From positions 6,590 to 70,589 of the forward strand of contig JBKQLU010000048.1 in the NCBI GenBank assembly GCA_052326585.1: a stretch of 64,000 bases of DNA, written 5' to 3'. The position numbers and the translations under genes are program-made. Position 1 is the first letter of the stretch. Each line of letters opens with the position of its first letter. This DNA is from Desulfobaccales bacterium (lineage in GTDB: Bacteria > Desulfobacterota > Desulfobaccia > Desulfobaccales > 0-14-0-80-60-11). Shown here in pieces: positions 55,416 to 64,000 of this stretch. Under the pieces are notes generated by a model. It worked only from the letters and a program-made list of their open reading frames with translations. It searched no databases and was not told the origin of the DNA.

Positions 55416-56861
55416 ATGAAACGCCTGAATCTGCGAACTATTTGGATGCGACCGGACCAAGACCTGAACCCCTTCGGCCTGGTAAAATTCTTTTCTTTGC
55501 CGGGTTTTATCGTCATCACCATCGTCACCGGCATTCTGGTGGTTTTGCTGACTCTCCGGGCCCAGCAGATGATCATGAAGAAGAACGAAGCCTACCTGGA
55601 GTTACTGGCGGCCAACCTGAACCACCAGATCTTTCAGCAGTTCGTGCTGCCTACTGCCTTCGAAAGGGGCGGCCGGATTACCTTATCCGACCCAGAGCAG
55701 TCCCACCGCCTGGATGAGGTGGTGCGCACCACCATCCACGGGTTTCACGTGGACGAGTTGAACCAGTACGATCAAGAGGGGGTCTTTTCCTACAGCACCG
55801 CCCACCTGCCCCTGGGCAAAAAGTCCGCTGACCTTCCCGGGGTTCAGAGGGCCCTGGCCGGGGAGAACTATTTTGAGGTGCCCGGCTACGGTCCCCTTAG
55901 CGTCCTCTGGCCTCGCAGCACTCAGTCGAAGCACCTCAAGGCCTTCATCCCCTTCCGCCTGGAGAAAGAGTTAACCACCCCCTCGGGGCCGGTTATAGGG
56001 GTCTTTGAGATCACCCAGAACATCTCCGGCGATCTGGCGGAAATCAATAAATTTCGCCTCCTGATCATGGTCATCCTGGTGGTGATTATGGGCTGCCTTT
56101 TTATTGTCCTGCGCCAGATCGTCAAGCGGGCTGGCCTGATTCTGGCCCGGCGCCAGGAGGAGCAACGGTCCTTGGAGGCCCAGTTGCACCAGTCGGAGCG
56201 TCTGGCGGCCCTGGGGGAGATGACCGCAGGGGTGGCCCATGAAATCCGCAACCCCTTGGGGATCGTCAGCTCCACCGCCGAACTGCTGCAAGAGCGCCTG
56301 GCCCGCTACGAGCCGCAAAACCGCCTGGCCTGGATTATCGTGGAGGAAGCCAACCGCCTCAATGAAAAGGTCACGGAATTCCTCGATTTTGCCCGGCCTC
56401 GGGTGCCCCAGTTGCGCCCCTGCGACCTGGAGGCGGTCCTGGACCGGGGTCTTGAGTTCCTGGAGCCGGAGATCCAGCGCCTGGGAATAGAGGTCAACCG
56501 GGATTACCATCTCCGGGGCCGGGCCCTGGTCGCGGACCCGGACCTGTTGTACCAGGCCTTCCTGAACCTGCTGCTCAACGCCATCCAGGCCATGCCCGGG
56601 GGCGGCCGCTTCACTGTGTCCACCCAACCGGGCCCCCAGGGCCGCGGCGGCGAGATCCGCTTTGCCGACAGCGGCGAAGGCATTGAGCCGGAAAGCCTCA
56701 AAAAGGTCCTCAACCCTTTCTTCACCACCAAGGTAAGAGGCAGCGGCCTGGGTCTGCCCATCGTCAAGAGCATTATCGAAACCCATCAAGGCACCATGAA
56801 GATCGACAGCGCCGTGGGCCAGGGCACGGTGGTAGCCATCACCCTGCCGAGGTTGCAATAA
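55416..56861 (+). CDS. sensor histidine kinase
   Basis: Two TM segments. H-box 'VAHEIRNPL'. 'LLLNAIQA', 'DSGEGI' and 'GSGLGLPIV'. The ATG at 55416 is preferred over the track start at 55365. Confidence 0.85.
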   Translation: MKRLNLRTIWMRPDQDLNPFGLVKFFSLPGFIVITIVTGILVVLLTLRAQQMIMKKNEAYLELLAANLNHQIFQQFVLPTAFERGGRITLSDPEQSHRLDEVVRTTIHGFHVDELNQYDQEGVFSYSTAHLPLGKKSADLPGVQRALAGENYFEVPGYGPLSVLWPRSTQSKHLKAFIPFRLEKELTTPSGPVIGVFEITQNISGDLAEINKFRLLIMVILVVIMGCLFIVLRQIVKRAGLILARRQEEQRSLEAQLHQSERLAALGEMTAGVAHEIRNPLGIVSSTAELLQERLARYEPQNRLAWIIVEEANRLNEKVTEFLDFARPRVPQLRPCDLEAVLDRGLEFLEPEIQRLGIEVNRDYHLRGRALVADPDLLYQAFLNLLLNAIQAMPGGGRFTVSTQPGPQGRGGEIRFADSGEGIEPESLKKVLNPFFTTKVRGSGLGLPIVKSIIETHQGTMKIDSAVGQGTVVAITLPRLQ

Positions 56862-56921
56862 TGGCTAGGCTGGGGCCGGGGACGGCCGCCCTCCCAAAAA
56901 TCCAAACTCGAAACTCTTGTT

Positions 56922-58289
56922 ATGGATACCATCTTAGTCGTTGACGATGAAATCAATTATTTGACGGTCATGGAAGCCCTGCTGGGAGGGGAGGGCTACG
57001 AGGTCCTTACCGCCCCCAGCGCCCCGGAGGCCTTGAAGGTCGCCGACGCCGCTGACCTGGACCTGGTGCTCACCGACATGAAGATGCCCAAGATGAGCGG
57101 CATCGAGCTCCTGGAAGAGCTGCGCCGCCTCTATCCGGACCTGCCGGTGATCATCATGACGGCCTTCGGCACTGTGGAACTGGCCGTCACCGCCATGAAG
57201 AAAGGGGCCTTCGACTACATCCTGAAACCCTTTAAAAATGAGGGGATCCTGGCGACCATCGCCAAGGCCCTGGAGCACCGCCACCTCCTCCTCGCCAACC
57301 GGCTGTTATACCAGGACTTGGACAAGAAATACGGCTTTCCCAACATCGTCGGGGAATCCCGGGTCATGGCGGAGATCCTGGCCCTGGTCAAAAGGGTGGC
57401 CACCTCCAAGGCCACCGTCCTGGTCACCGGCGAAAGCGGCACCGGCAAAGAGCTGATCGCCCGGGCCACGCACCAGTGCAGCAACCGGGCGCAGCGGCCA
57501 TTCATCTCGGTCAACTGCGCCGCGCTTACCGAAACCCTGCTCGAAAGCGAGCTCTTCGGCCACGAGCGGGGCGCCTTTACCCACGCGGTGGCCATGCGTA
57601 AGGGGCGCTTCGAACTGGCCGACGGCGGCACCCTGTTCCTGGATGAAGTGGCGGAGATGTCCCAGGCCCTCCAGGTGAAACTGCTCCGGGTCCTCCAGGA
57701 GATGGAGTTCGAACGGGTCGGGGGCAACCGCTCCATCAAGGTGGACGTGCGGGTGGTGGCTGCCTCGAATCGGGACCTGAAGGAAGAGGTGGAGGCCGGC
57801 CGCTTCCGTGAAGACCTGTTCTACCGCCTCAATGTGGTTCATCTGCATATCTCCCCCCTGCGCCAGCGCCCGGAGGACATCCCCCTGCTGGCGGTCCACT
57901 TCATCAAGAAGTACGCCCAGGAAAACACCCGGGGCAAGATCCGCCTCACCCCGGAGGCCTTGAAGTTGCTGGTGCAGTACCCCTGGCCCGGCAACGTCCG
58001 GGAGCTGGAAAACGTCATGGAGCGGGCCGTGATCCTCTGCGCCAATAACCTGATCACCCCCGAGGACCTGCCCGGGGAAATGGCTCCCGCCGCCGGGGGT
58101 AAACTGGACATCGACCATTTCGTCCCCCTGCATACCCCCCTGCCGGAGGCCCTGGAGGCCATTGAGGAACAGATGATTCGCCGGGCCCTGGAGCAGAGCG
58201 GCCAGGTGCAGGTGCGGGCCGCCGAGATGCTGGGCATCACCAAGAGCCTGCTGCAATACAAGCTGAAGAAGTATCATCTGACTACATAA
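56922..58289 (+). CDS. sigma-54-dependent response regulator (NtrC family)
   Basis: REC 'ILVVDDEINYL...DLVLTDMKMPKMSG'. 'GESGTGKE', 'GAFTHA' (GAFTGA variant) and 'FLDEVAE'. HTH 'AAEMLGITKSLLQYKL'. Confidence 0.92.
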   Translation: MDTILVVDDEINYLTVMEALLGGEGYEVLTAPSAPEALKVADAADLDLVLTDMKMPKMSGIELLEELRRLYPDLPVIIMTAFGTVELAVTAMKKGAFDYILKPFKNEGILATIAKALEHRHLLLANRLLYQDLDKKYGFPNIVGESRVMAEILALVKRVATSKATVLVTGESGTGKELIARATHQCSNRAQRPFISVNCAALTETLLESELFGHERGAFTHAVAMRKGRFELADGGTLFLDEVAEMSQALQVKLLRVLQEMEFERVGGNRSIKVDVRVVAASNRDLKEEVEAGRFREDLFYRLNVVHLHISPLRQRPEDIPLLAVHFIKKYAQENTRGKIRLTPEALKLLVQYPWPGNVRELENVMERAVILCANNLITPEDLPGEMAPAAGGKLDIDHFVPLHTPLPEALEAIEEQMIRRALEQSGQVQVRAAEMLGITKSLLQYKLKKYHLTT

Positions 58290-58449
58290 CTGGTGGCACC
58301 GGCGTCCCGCCTGTGACAGAAATGGACTTTTGGGGGCAGGCCGGTGGTGGCGGGCCTCCGGGCCCGCCAAACAATCGGCGGCCACAGGCCGCCCTATATC
58401 TGAGACACAAGCAAGACCGGTTTGTAAAAAGCTATTATCCGGAGGCCCC

Positions 58450-59916
58450 TTGAAACCCGAACAATTTCCCGACGATATCCGGCCCTTTCTCATCCCGAAG
58501 CCGGAAGGGGATCTGGTCTATCGCTGTCTCGAATGCGGGGCGGAGTATGACATCAGCCGGCTCCTCTACACCTGCCCCAAGTGCCGGGGCCTCTTCCTCC
58601 TGGAGGATAAGGCCGCCGGCCGCCTCCAGCAGCGCTCCGGGGCCTTTTGGCGCCGGTTGTTCGATTACCGCAAGATGCTCAACCTGCCGGCCCTGAAAGG
58701 GGTCTTTCTCTTTTATGAACTGATTGCCCCGGTCATACCCCTGGAGGATATCATCTACCTGGGGGAAGGCCACACCCCTCAGGTGGCCGCCAACGAGGCG
58801 TTGCAGGCGGAAGTCGGCGGGGCCTTTTATTATAAAAACGACGGCCAGAACCCCAGCGCCTCTTTCAAAGACCGGGGCATGGCCGCGGCCTTGAGCTATC
58901 TCAACTATCTGGCGCGCCAGTCCGGGGCCGGCAAGATCCTGGCCATCTGCGCCTCCACCGGCGACACCTCCGCGGCCGCGGCCCTTTACGCCGCTTACCT
59001 GGGAAGCCGGGTGGCCTCCGCGGTCCTCCTGCCCCACGGCAAGGTCACCCCCCAGCAACTGGCCCAGCCCCTGGGCCACGGCGCCAGGGTATTAGAGATC
59101 CCCGGGGTCTTCGACGACTGCATGAAGGTGGTGGAGTCCCTGGCGGACCACTACCAGGTGGCCCTGCTCAACTCCAAGAACGCCTGGCGCATCCGGGGCC
59201 AGGAGTCATTCGCCTACGAGATCGCCCAGTGGTTCGACTATGACCTGGCCGGCAAGGTCGTGGTGGTGCCCATCGGCAACGCCGGCAACATCACCGCCAT
59301 CATGCAGGGCTTCCTGCGCCTCCACGGCCTCAAGATCATCGACACCCTGCCCCGGATCATCGGGGTCCAGTCCCGCCACGCCGACCCGGTGTTCCGCTAC
59401 TATCTGGAGCCGGACCCGGCGAAACGGGTCTTCAAACCGGTGACCGTGCAACCCAGCGTGGCCCAGGCGGCCATGATCGGCAACCCGGTATCCATGCCCC
59501 GGGTCATCCGCCTGATGGCGGAATACCACCGCGCCGCCGGCGCGGGCTCCGTGGCCGTGGTCCAGGTGCGCGAACAGGAGATCATGGACTCCATGCTGCT
59601 GGCCAACCGCCACGGCCACATCGCCTGCACCCAGGGGGGCGAATCCCTGGCCGGCTTCCGGGCCGCCTTGAAAGAGAGGCTGGTGGAGCCAGGAGAAACC
59701 GCGGTGCTGGACGCCACCGCCCACCATCTCAAGTTCATCGGTTTCCAGCAGATGTACTTTGAGGACTCCTTTCCGCCGGAGTTCGAGGTGGTCCCCAAGG
59801 CCGAGTACCGCAATCGGCCGCAGTTGCTGACCCCCCGGACCGCTGACCCGGGAGAGCAGACCGCCGATTTGGCGGCACAAATCGCCGCCTTGTTAGAATT
59901 GACCCCAAGGGAGTAA
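58450..59916 (+). CDS. thrC: threonine synthase with N-terminal zinc-ribbon
   Basis: 'YRCLECGAEY...YTCPKCRG' forms the zinc ribbon. The PLP-Lys motif is 'NPSASFKDRGMA'. 'PIGNAGNITA' is also present. The start is assigned to the TTG at 58450 (SD GGAGG 4 nt upstream) and is uncertain. Confidence 0.85.
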   Translation: MKPEQFPDDIRPFLIPKPEGDLVYRCLECGAEYDISRLLYTCPKCRGLFLLEDKAAGRLQQRSGAFWRRLFDYRKMLNLPALKGVFLFYELIAPVIPLEDIIYLGEGHTPQVAANEALQAEVGGAFYYKNDGQNPSASFKDRGMAAALSYLNYLARQSGAGKILAICASTGDTSAAAALYAAYLGSRVASAVLLPHGKVTPQQLAQPLGHGARVLEIPGVFDDCMKVVESLADHYQVALLNSKNAWRIRGQESFAYEIAQWFDYDLAGKVVVVPIGNAGNITAIMQGFLRLHGLKIIDTLPRIIGVQSRHADPVFRYYLEPDPAKRVFKPVTVQPSVAQAAMIGNPVSMPRVIRLMAEYHRAAGAGSVAVVQVREQEIMDSMLLANRHGHIACTQGGESLAGFRAALKERLVEPGETAVLDATAHHLKFIGFQQMYFEDSFPPEFEVVPKAEYRNRPQLLTPRTADPGEQTADLAAQIAALLELTPRE

Positions 59917-60117
59917 TGCCGGACTCGGTAACTAGTATTTATCAAATCAAATGAAAAACCTGAGTTCCGGGGGTATTAAAGTCCCATTTTGTCAAAGGCG
60001 GGTTCAAGAACCGCGGTTGGAAATGTCCTGGCAATTATGGAGCGCCACACTCCCGAGGTTGCTTCTCCGTTGGCCCGATCTTACCTTTTCTCCGAGACCG
60101 GAAAAGGAGAAGGGAAG

Positions 60118-60537
60118 ATGCAGAAAGCAAGGTCATGGCTGCTGCTGGTGGCGCTCAGCCTGATGCTGGCGATCCCTTGGTCATGTTCCAGCGCCCAGGC
60201 CCCCGGACCGGAAGCCCCGCGTCTGGCCCCCGAAACTCTAAAAAGCTGGCTCTCCGACCCCCAGGTACTTATCCTGGATGTGAGGCAGCCTCCGGAATGG
60301 GCCAGCAGCGATAAAAAAATCGCGGGCGCGGTGCGCCAGGATCCCAACGATGTCAAGACCTGGGCCACGGGCCTGCCGAAGGAGAAAAAAATCGTCCTGT
60401 ACTGCTCCTGACACAACGAGGGCACCAGCGCCCGGGTGGCGCAGCAATTGCTAGCAATGGGCTTCCCCCAGGTTTGGGCCTTGAAAGGCGGCTGGACGGA
60501 ATGGGAGAGGAGGGGCTACCCCACCGATTCGCAATGA
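60118..60537 (+). CDS. exported rhodanese-like protein, predicted selenoprotein (in-frame UGA = residue 98)
   Basis: The track ORF stops at the TGA at 60409-60411, in the middle of the rhodanese active-site loop ('KKIVLYC96-S-TGA-HNEGTSARVAQQLLAMGFPQVWALKGGWTEWERRGYP'). The same frame stays open for 41 more codons that complete the domain (GGW..W..GYP). A GC hairpin with a CGGGU loop lies 16 nt downstream. SD AAGGAGAAGGG precedes the ATG at 60118. Confidence 0.6.
60428..60442 (+). promoter_or_regulatory. SECIS-like hairpin (GCGCC-CGGGU-GGCGC)
   Basis: A 5-bp GC stem with a G/U-containing apical loop starts 16 nt after the UGA. This is within the spacing range reported for bacterial SECIS elements. 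It was not evaluated with a covariance model. Confidence 0.35.
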
Positions 60538-60695
60538 GAACCGTGGTGGCAGGTGGGGGTTATAAAGGGTTCCGGATTATGCCGGCGTCGAGCCTGGCGG
60601 CAAAGTGCTAATGTGGTATTTCCGCAGAACTTCTAAAGAGAGTTTCACGGAAAGCATTGCCAACTCAAGGGGTTGTCCTTGGTGATATTTTCATT

Positions 60696-61154
60696 ATGAC
60701 GATTAAGCTCCCTACCGCCGGCGACGCCCCGGCGCCGACCCCCATGGCCGACGACTACTGCTTCGTCTGCGGCAAGGACAATCCTCGCGGCTTTAAGATC
60801 GCAGTGCGCTATACGGAGGCGGAACTGGCGGCGGAGACCGAACTGACCATACCCAGGGAATACCAGGGCTGGGCGCAGGTGATCCACGGCGGCATCCTCT
60901 CCACCCTGCTGGATGAACTGATGGCCCACGCGGTGTGGCGCTTTGCCGGCCCCGGTCTAACCTTGAGCATGGAGGTGCGCTTTCACCAGCCCTTGAAACC
61001 CGGGGAGCCCATCCGGGTGCGGGGGGTGCTCCACACCAAAAATGGCAGCCGCCGCCAGGCCGAAGGGGAGATCATCCGCATTGCCGACGGCAGCCGCATC
61101 GCCTCGGGTAAGAGCCGCTTTCTCCTCCTCCCGGGAAATGGCCCGGAACCTTGA
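60696..61154 (+). CDS. PaaI-family (hotdog fold) thioesterase
   Basis: 'CFVCGKDNPRGFKI...GWAQVIHGGILSTLLDELMAHA...VRFHQPLKPGEPIRVRG' is the PaaI/4HBT-type pattern. Confidence 0.8.
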   Translation: MTIKLPTAGDAPAPTPMADDYCFVCGKDNPRGFKIAVRYTEAELAAETELTIPREYQGWAQVIHGGILSTLLDELMAHAVWRFAGPGLTLSMEVRFHQPLKPGEPIRVRGVLHTKNGSRRQAEGEIIRIADGSRIASGKSRFLLLPGNGPEP

Positions 61155-61241
61155 GTCCGCTTAGGCTCGAGGCCTACGCCGCCTTCTGGCGGCCGCGGGG
61201 CCTCCTATGATCTGGTTTCCCTCCGTATCCCGAGCCCTGGC

Positions 61242-61712
61242 ATGATTCAGATGACTGTCCTGATGGTGGGCAAGACCCGGGAAGGGTTCATTCAGGAAGG
61301 CCTGGACTTTTACGGCAAACGCCTTCTGCCCCTGGTGCGGCTCACCCTGAAGAGCGTCCGGGAGGAAAAGGAGGCCGGAGGCTTAACCCCGGAAATCATA
61401 AAAATGAAAGAAGGCCAACGCCTCCGGGCCGGGACGCCGCCCCGGGCCTGGGTGACGGCCCTGACCCCCGCCGGCCGGGAGTTTACCACCGAAGAATTCG
61501 CCGCCTGGCTCCGCAAGCGGCAAGAGCTGGCCCGGCCCCTGGCCTTTCTCCTCGGCGGCCATTGGGGGCTGGCGGACACTTTATTGGCTGCGGCCGACGA
61601 ACAATTATCTCTCTCCCGCCTCACCATGACCCATGAACTGGCCCGCCTCGTCCTGCTGGAGCAGCTCTACCGGGCCTTGACCCTCAATCTGGGGCACCCC
61701 TACCACGTCTAA
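61242..61712 (+). CDS. rlmH: 23S rRNA (pseudouridine1915-N3)-methyltransferase RlmH
   Basis: 'VGKTREGFIQEGLDFYGKRL', 'FLLGGHWGL' and 'LSLSRLTMTHELARLVLLEQLYRA' are SPOUT/RlmH motifs. Confidence 0.92.
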   Translation: MIQMTVLMVGKTREGFIQEGLDFYGKRLLPLVRLTLKSVREEKEAGGLTPEIIKMKEGQRLRAGTPPRAWVTALTPAGREFTTEEFAAWLRKRQELARPLAFLLGGHWGLADTLLAAADEQLSLSRLTMTHELARLVLLEQLYRALTLNLGHPYHV

Positions 61713-61743
61713 GGAGCGGGCTGAACCAGCTCCGGCCGGTTCC

Positions 61744-62409
61744 TCATTCAATCCAGCGCACCAACTTCTCCAGCGGCTCCCGCTCGGTCCGGTAGGCATT
61801 GGCCGGCGCCTGCGCATCGGGGTAGCCCAGGGCGATGCCCACTACGATCTTGTGGACCGGCGTGAGGCCCAGGTGCCGCCGGATAATATCCGGGTACCTG
61901 GCTATCTGGGCGGTGATGCAGGTGCCCAGGCCCAGGTCATGGGCCGCCAGGCAGATGGCGTGGCTGATGGACCCCAGGTCGAACATGGAGTAGGGCTCGC
62001 CCAGGTCCGCATTGAAAATCACATAGATGATCACCGGCGCCCCGAAGGCCCGGGTCATATTATCCAGGTGGGCCCAGCGGCAGGCCTTGTCGCCCCGGGC
62101 CACCCCCATCTTGTCGAACAGCCCAGCCGCGCAGGCCATATAGCGATCCTTGTAGGCATCGGGAAAAGTGTCCGGCATGGCCACGTCGGTGTTCATCGCC
62201 AGCCTCTGCTGCAAAGCCGCCGACATCTCCCCGGCCAGTTCCCGGAGCTTCTCGCCTTGCACCACCACCAGCTCCCAGGGCTGCGTATTCCCCCAGGAGG
62301 GGGACCAACGGGCCGCATCGAGGATGCGGGTGATGAGTTCCCGGGGAACTGCCTTGGGCTTATAGCCGCGGGTGCTCTTTCTGGTCTTCAGGGCTTCCAA
62401 AAGTTCCAT
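61744..62409 (-). CDS. nitroreductase family protein
   Basis: 'LEALKTRKSTRGYKPKAVPRELITRILDAARWSPSWGNTQPWELVVV' is a classic nitroreductase N-terminus. Confidence 0.85.
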   Translation of the reverse strand: MELLEALKTRKSTRGYKPKAVPRELITRILDAARWSPSWGNTQPWELVVVQGEKLRELAGEMSAALQQRLAMNTDVAMPDTFPDAYKDRYMACAAGLFDKMGVARGDKACRWAHLDNMTRAFGAPVIIYVIFNADLGEPYSMFDLGSISHAICLAAHDLGLGTCITAQIARYPDIIRRHLGLTPVHKIVVGIALGYPDAQAPANAYRTEREPLEKLVRWIE

Positions 62410-62624
62410 GGACTCCTCCTTGTATCTCCGGTTTTCTTAGGATATTAATAGTTATATAAGAGTAAGACTGTCAAATAATTTTTCCGGAAGCCAGATGGTT
62501 TTGCCGGTGGTTATTTAGCCGCGGCCCATAAGCCGGTCATGGTCAAGAACCGCTTGGTGGCTCCGATTTTCTGCGGCCGCATCTACCCCACTCTTTGCTA
62601 AAGGACGACAAAAGCGGTGACCAG

Positions 62625-63578
62625 ATGACAGCAGCCCGGCTCGTGGCCTTCCCTTTGATTCTCCCCTGGCGGCAGGAGTTTTGGAGCCTCCCTCTCTATT
62701 TTCCCTATCTCCAGGTGGGAGTGATCCCGGGGTGGCCGGCCCAACTGCCGTACCAGGGAATGCCGTTACCGGTGGAAGCCCAGCCCCCCTCCCCCGGGCT
62801 CAAGCACTATAAGCCCGGTGACTTCCTGCAGTGGCAGGCCTTTGCGGAGTATCAGAAAGGTCAGGAAGACGGGGGCGATCTGCTCCAGGCCCTGCGCAAT
62901 TACGGCCGGGCGGAGGCGCCGGGGCAGGCTGCTTCCCCGGACCCCTGGTCTCTGGCCTGGCAGTTGGAAAAGCTCCAGGCCGACCAGGAGGCCCAAATGT
63001 ATCTGGTGGACCAAGGTCAGGAATGGCTCAAGGAAGTCCTGGCCCCGGAACCCTGGGAGCAGGCCTCGGGTCTCGGCCCGGTTCCCGGGATCCCGGAGAT
63101 GGTGGACCCGGAACTGGCCAACCTGCGCTACCGGCTCTGGCAGCGAGTTATGGGCCCCCAGTTGCAAGACCCCTGGGTTCCCTTTTTATTGGGCCGCACC
63201 GCCCGTTCCCTGTTCCTCACCTTGAGGGGCTGGCCGGAGCAGGCCGAGCCCAAAATGGTGCAGCTCTCCCTGCCCGGCTGCCGCAGCTCCCAGGAATGGT
63301 CAACGGTGCGCGGCAACGGGGAGGCGCTCCCCTGGCAGGCTCAGTTCCAGGAACGATTGGCTGCTTTGCTGGATGCCGCCGCCGCTGCCGGGGACCTGGA
63401 GGCTGCGGCCCGGGAACTGGCCGAATTTGTGGCCGACCGGGTAGCGGCCTCCTGGCCGCTGCCGGTAATCTGGGACCTGGAATTAGAGGTCTGGCTTCCG
63501 GACCCTGGGAAGAATATTTCGTCGCCGCCGGTGCTCTGCTGGTCCGGAGCCGGGGCCGCCGATGTCTTGCCGGGATAG
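62625..63578 (+). CDS. hypothetical protein (Trp/Pro/Gln-rich, no TM segment or signal peptide)
   Basis: A 317-aa ORF starting at the ATG at 62625 with no motif I recognise. Its G+C looks typical of the window's coding regions by eye. No competing ORF explains the region. Confidence 0.5.
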   Translation: MTAARLVAFPLILPWRQEFWSLPLYFPYLQVGVIPGWPAQLPYQGMPLPVEAQPPSPGLKHYKPGDFLQWQAFAEYQKGQEDGGDLLQALRNYGRAEAPGQAASPDPWSLAWQLEKLQADQEAQMYLVDQGQEWLKEVLAPEPWEQASGLGPVPGIPEMVDPELANLRYRLWQRVMGPQLQDPWVPFLLGRTARSLFLTLRGWPEQAEPKMVQLSLPGCRSSQEWSTVRGNGEALPWQAQFQERLAALLDAAAAAGDLEAAARELAEFVADRVAASWPLPVIWDLELEVWLPDPGKNISSPPVLCWSGAGAADVLPG

Positions 63579-63720
63579 GAGAAGATTAGCCGGTTGGGCG
63601 GGTTTTCTGTAAAGGGCGGACCCGGGTGTCCACCCGTAGCGGCTTGGTTTCTGGTCGATCGCAGACTGGGCCGGAGTCCCGGAGAGTCGAACCTTACCGG
63701 TGCCGGCCACTGGCTAAAGA

Positions 63721-63963
63721 TTACTCCCCAGTCTCCGGCAGTAGTTTGGCCTCTGCGGTCTCCTCCAGGGTTGGCAAGGGCTTGGCGGCGATGATCTTGC
63801 CGGCGGCGATTTCCCGCATGGCCATGACGATCTCTTTATTGTCCCCCTTTACCAATACTGGGGCGCCCCGGTAGATCTGTTGCACCCGCTTGGCGGCCAG
63901 GTGGACCAGGCCGAAACGAGTGGGAACCCTTTGCAGGCAATCTTCGATGGTAACGCGCGCCAT
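63721..63963 (-). CDS. rpoZ: DNA-directed RNA polymerase subunit omega
   Basis: '[30 protein letters not shown]...[12 protein letters not shown]' is a canonical RpoZ sequence. Confidence 0.92.
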   Translation of the reverse strand: MARVTIEDCLQRVPTRFGLVHLAAKRVQQIYRGAPVLVKGDNKEIVMAMREIAAGKIIAAKPLPTLEETAEAKLLPETGE

Positions 63964-64000
63964 AAAATCCCTCCTCCGGGATGGGCTGGATGAAATCGAT

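Noticed and set aside
57306-58493. 395-aa antisense ORF opposite the third sigma-54 regulator. Similar antisense ORFs lie at 55971-56858, 53816-54799, 51215-52009, 32912-33961, 35708-36433 and 25215-26108.
   Set aside because: All lie opposite genes with unambiguous kinase, regulator, MazG or RadC motifs and have arginine/glycine/proline-rich low-complexity products.
63579-63720. 'gagtcgaacc'-containing segment between the orphan ORF and rpoZ that resembles the reverse complement of a tRNA T-arm
   Set aside because: I could not fold a cloverleaf: there is no complementary T-stem, acceptor stem or anticodon arm. It is probably just a convergent-terminator region.

Overview
This is a high-GC chromosomal segment, about 60-70% G+C in hand-counted flanking lines. 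Its gene content fits an anaerobic sulfur- or sulfate-metabolising Desulfobacterota-like bacterium: DsrC with the CX10C tail, multihaem cytochromes c, a NapH-like polyferredoxin, FmdE and three sigma-54 two-component systems. I support about 55 protein genes and one tRNA-Ala(CGC). I saw no rRNA, CRISPR array, transposase or integrase.

Housekeeping genes:
- pyk, two ftsH paralogs, an addAB-like pair, radC, mazG, cvpA
- folP-cdaA-cdaR, thrC, rlmH, rpoZ

Observations most worth follow-up:
1. A 1.3-kb AT-rich single-gene insertion (4153-5373) splits a GC-rich Tat/ferredoxin redox operon. It encodes a zinc-ribbon protein with a textbook HEPN-type RNxxxH motif and is a candidate stand-alone defence or toxin gene.
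2. A rhodanese-like gene has an in-frame TGA in its active-site loop and a SECIS-like hairpin just downstream. It is probably an unannotated selenoprotein (60118-60537).
3. A 38-nt copy of the tRNA-Ala 3' half lies 3 kb from the intact tRNA. The two copies bracket a cytochrome b / trihaem / octahaem operon in an att-like geometry.
4. Two near-consensus sigma-54 promoters each sit about 100-120 bp downstream of the same TTTACA-N3/4-TGTAAAAAATA motif.
5. An orphan TerS-like/TerL terminase pair and a divergent excisionase-type HTH gene sit between cvpA and ftsH.

All product calls rest on motif recognition by eye. No database search, covariance model or structure prediction was run. Many long antisense ORFs in the track are GC artefacts and were rejected.
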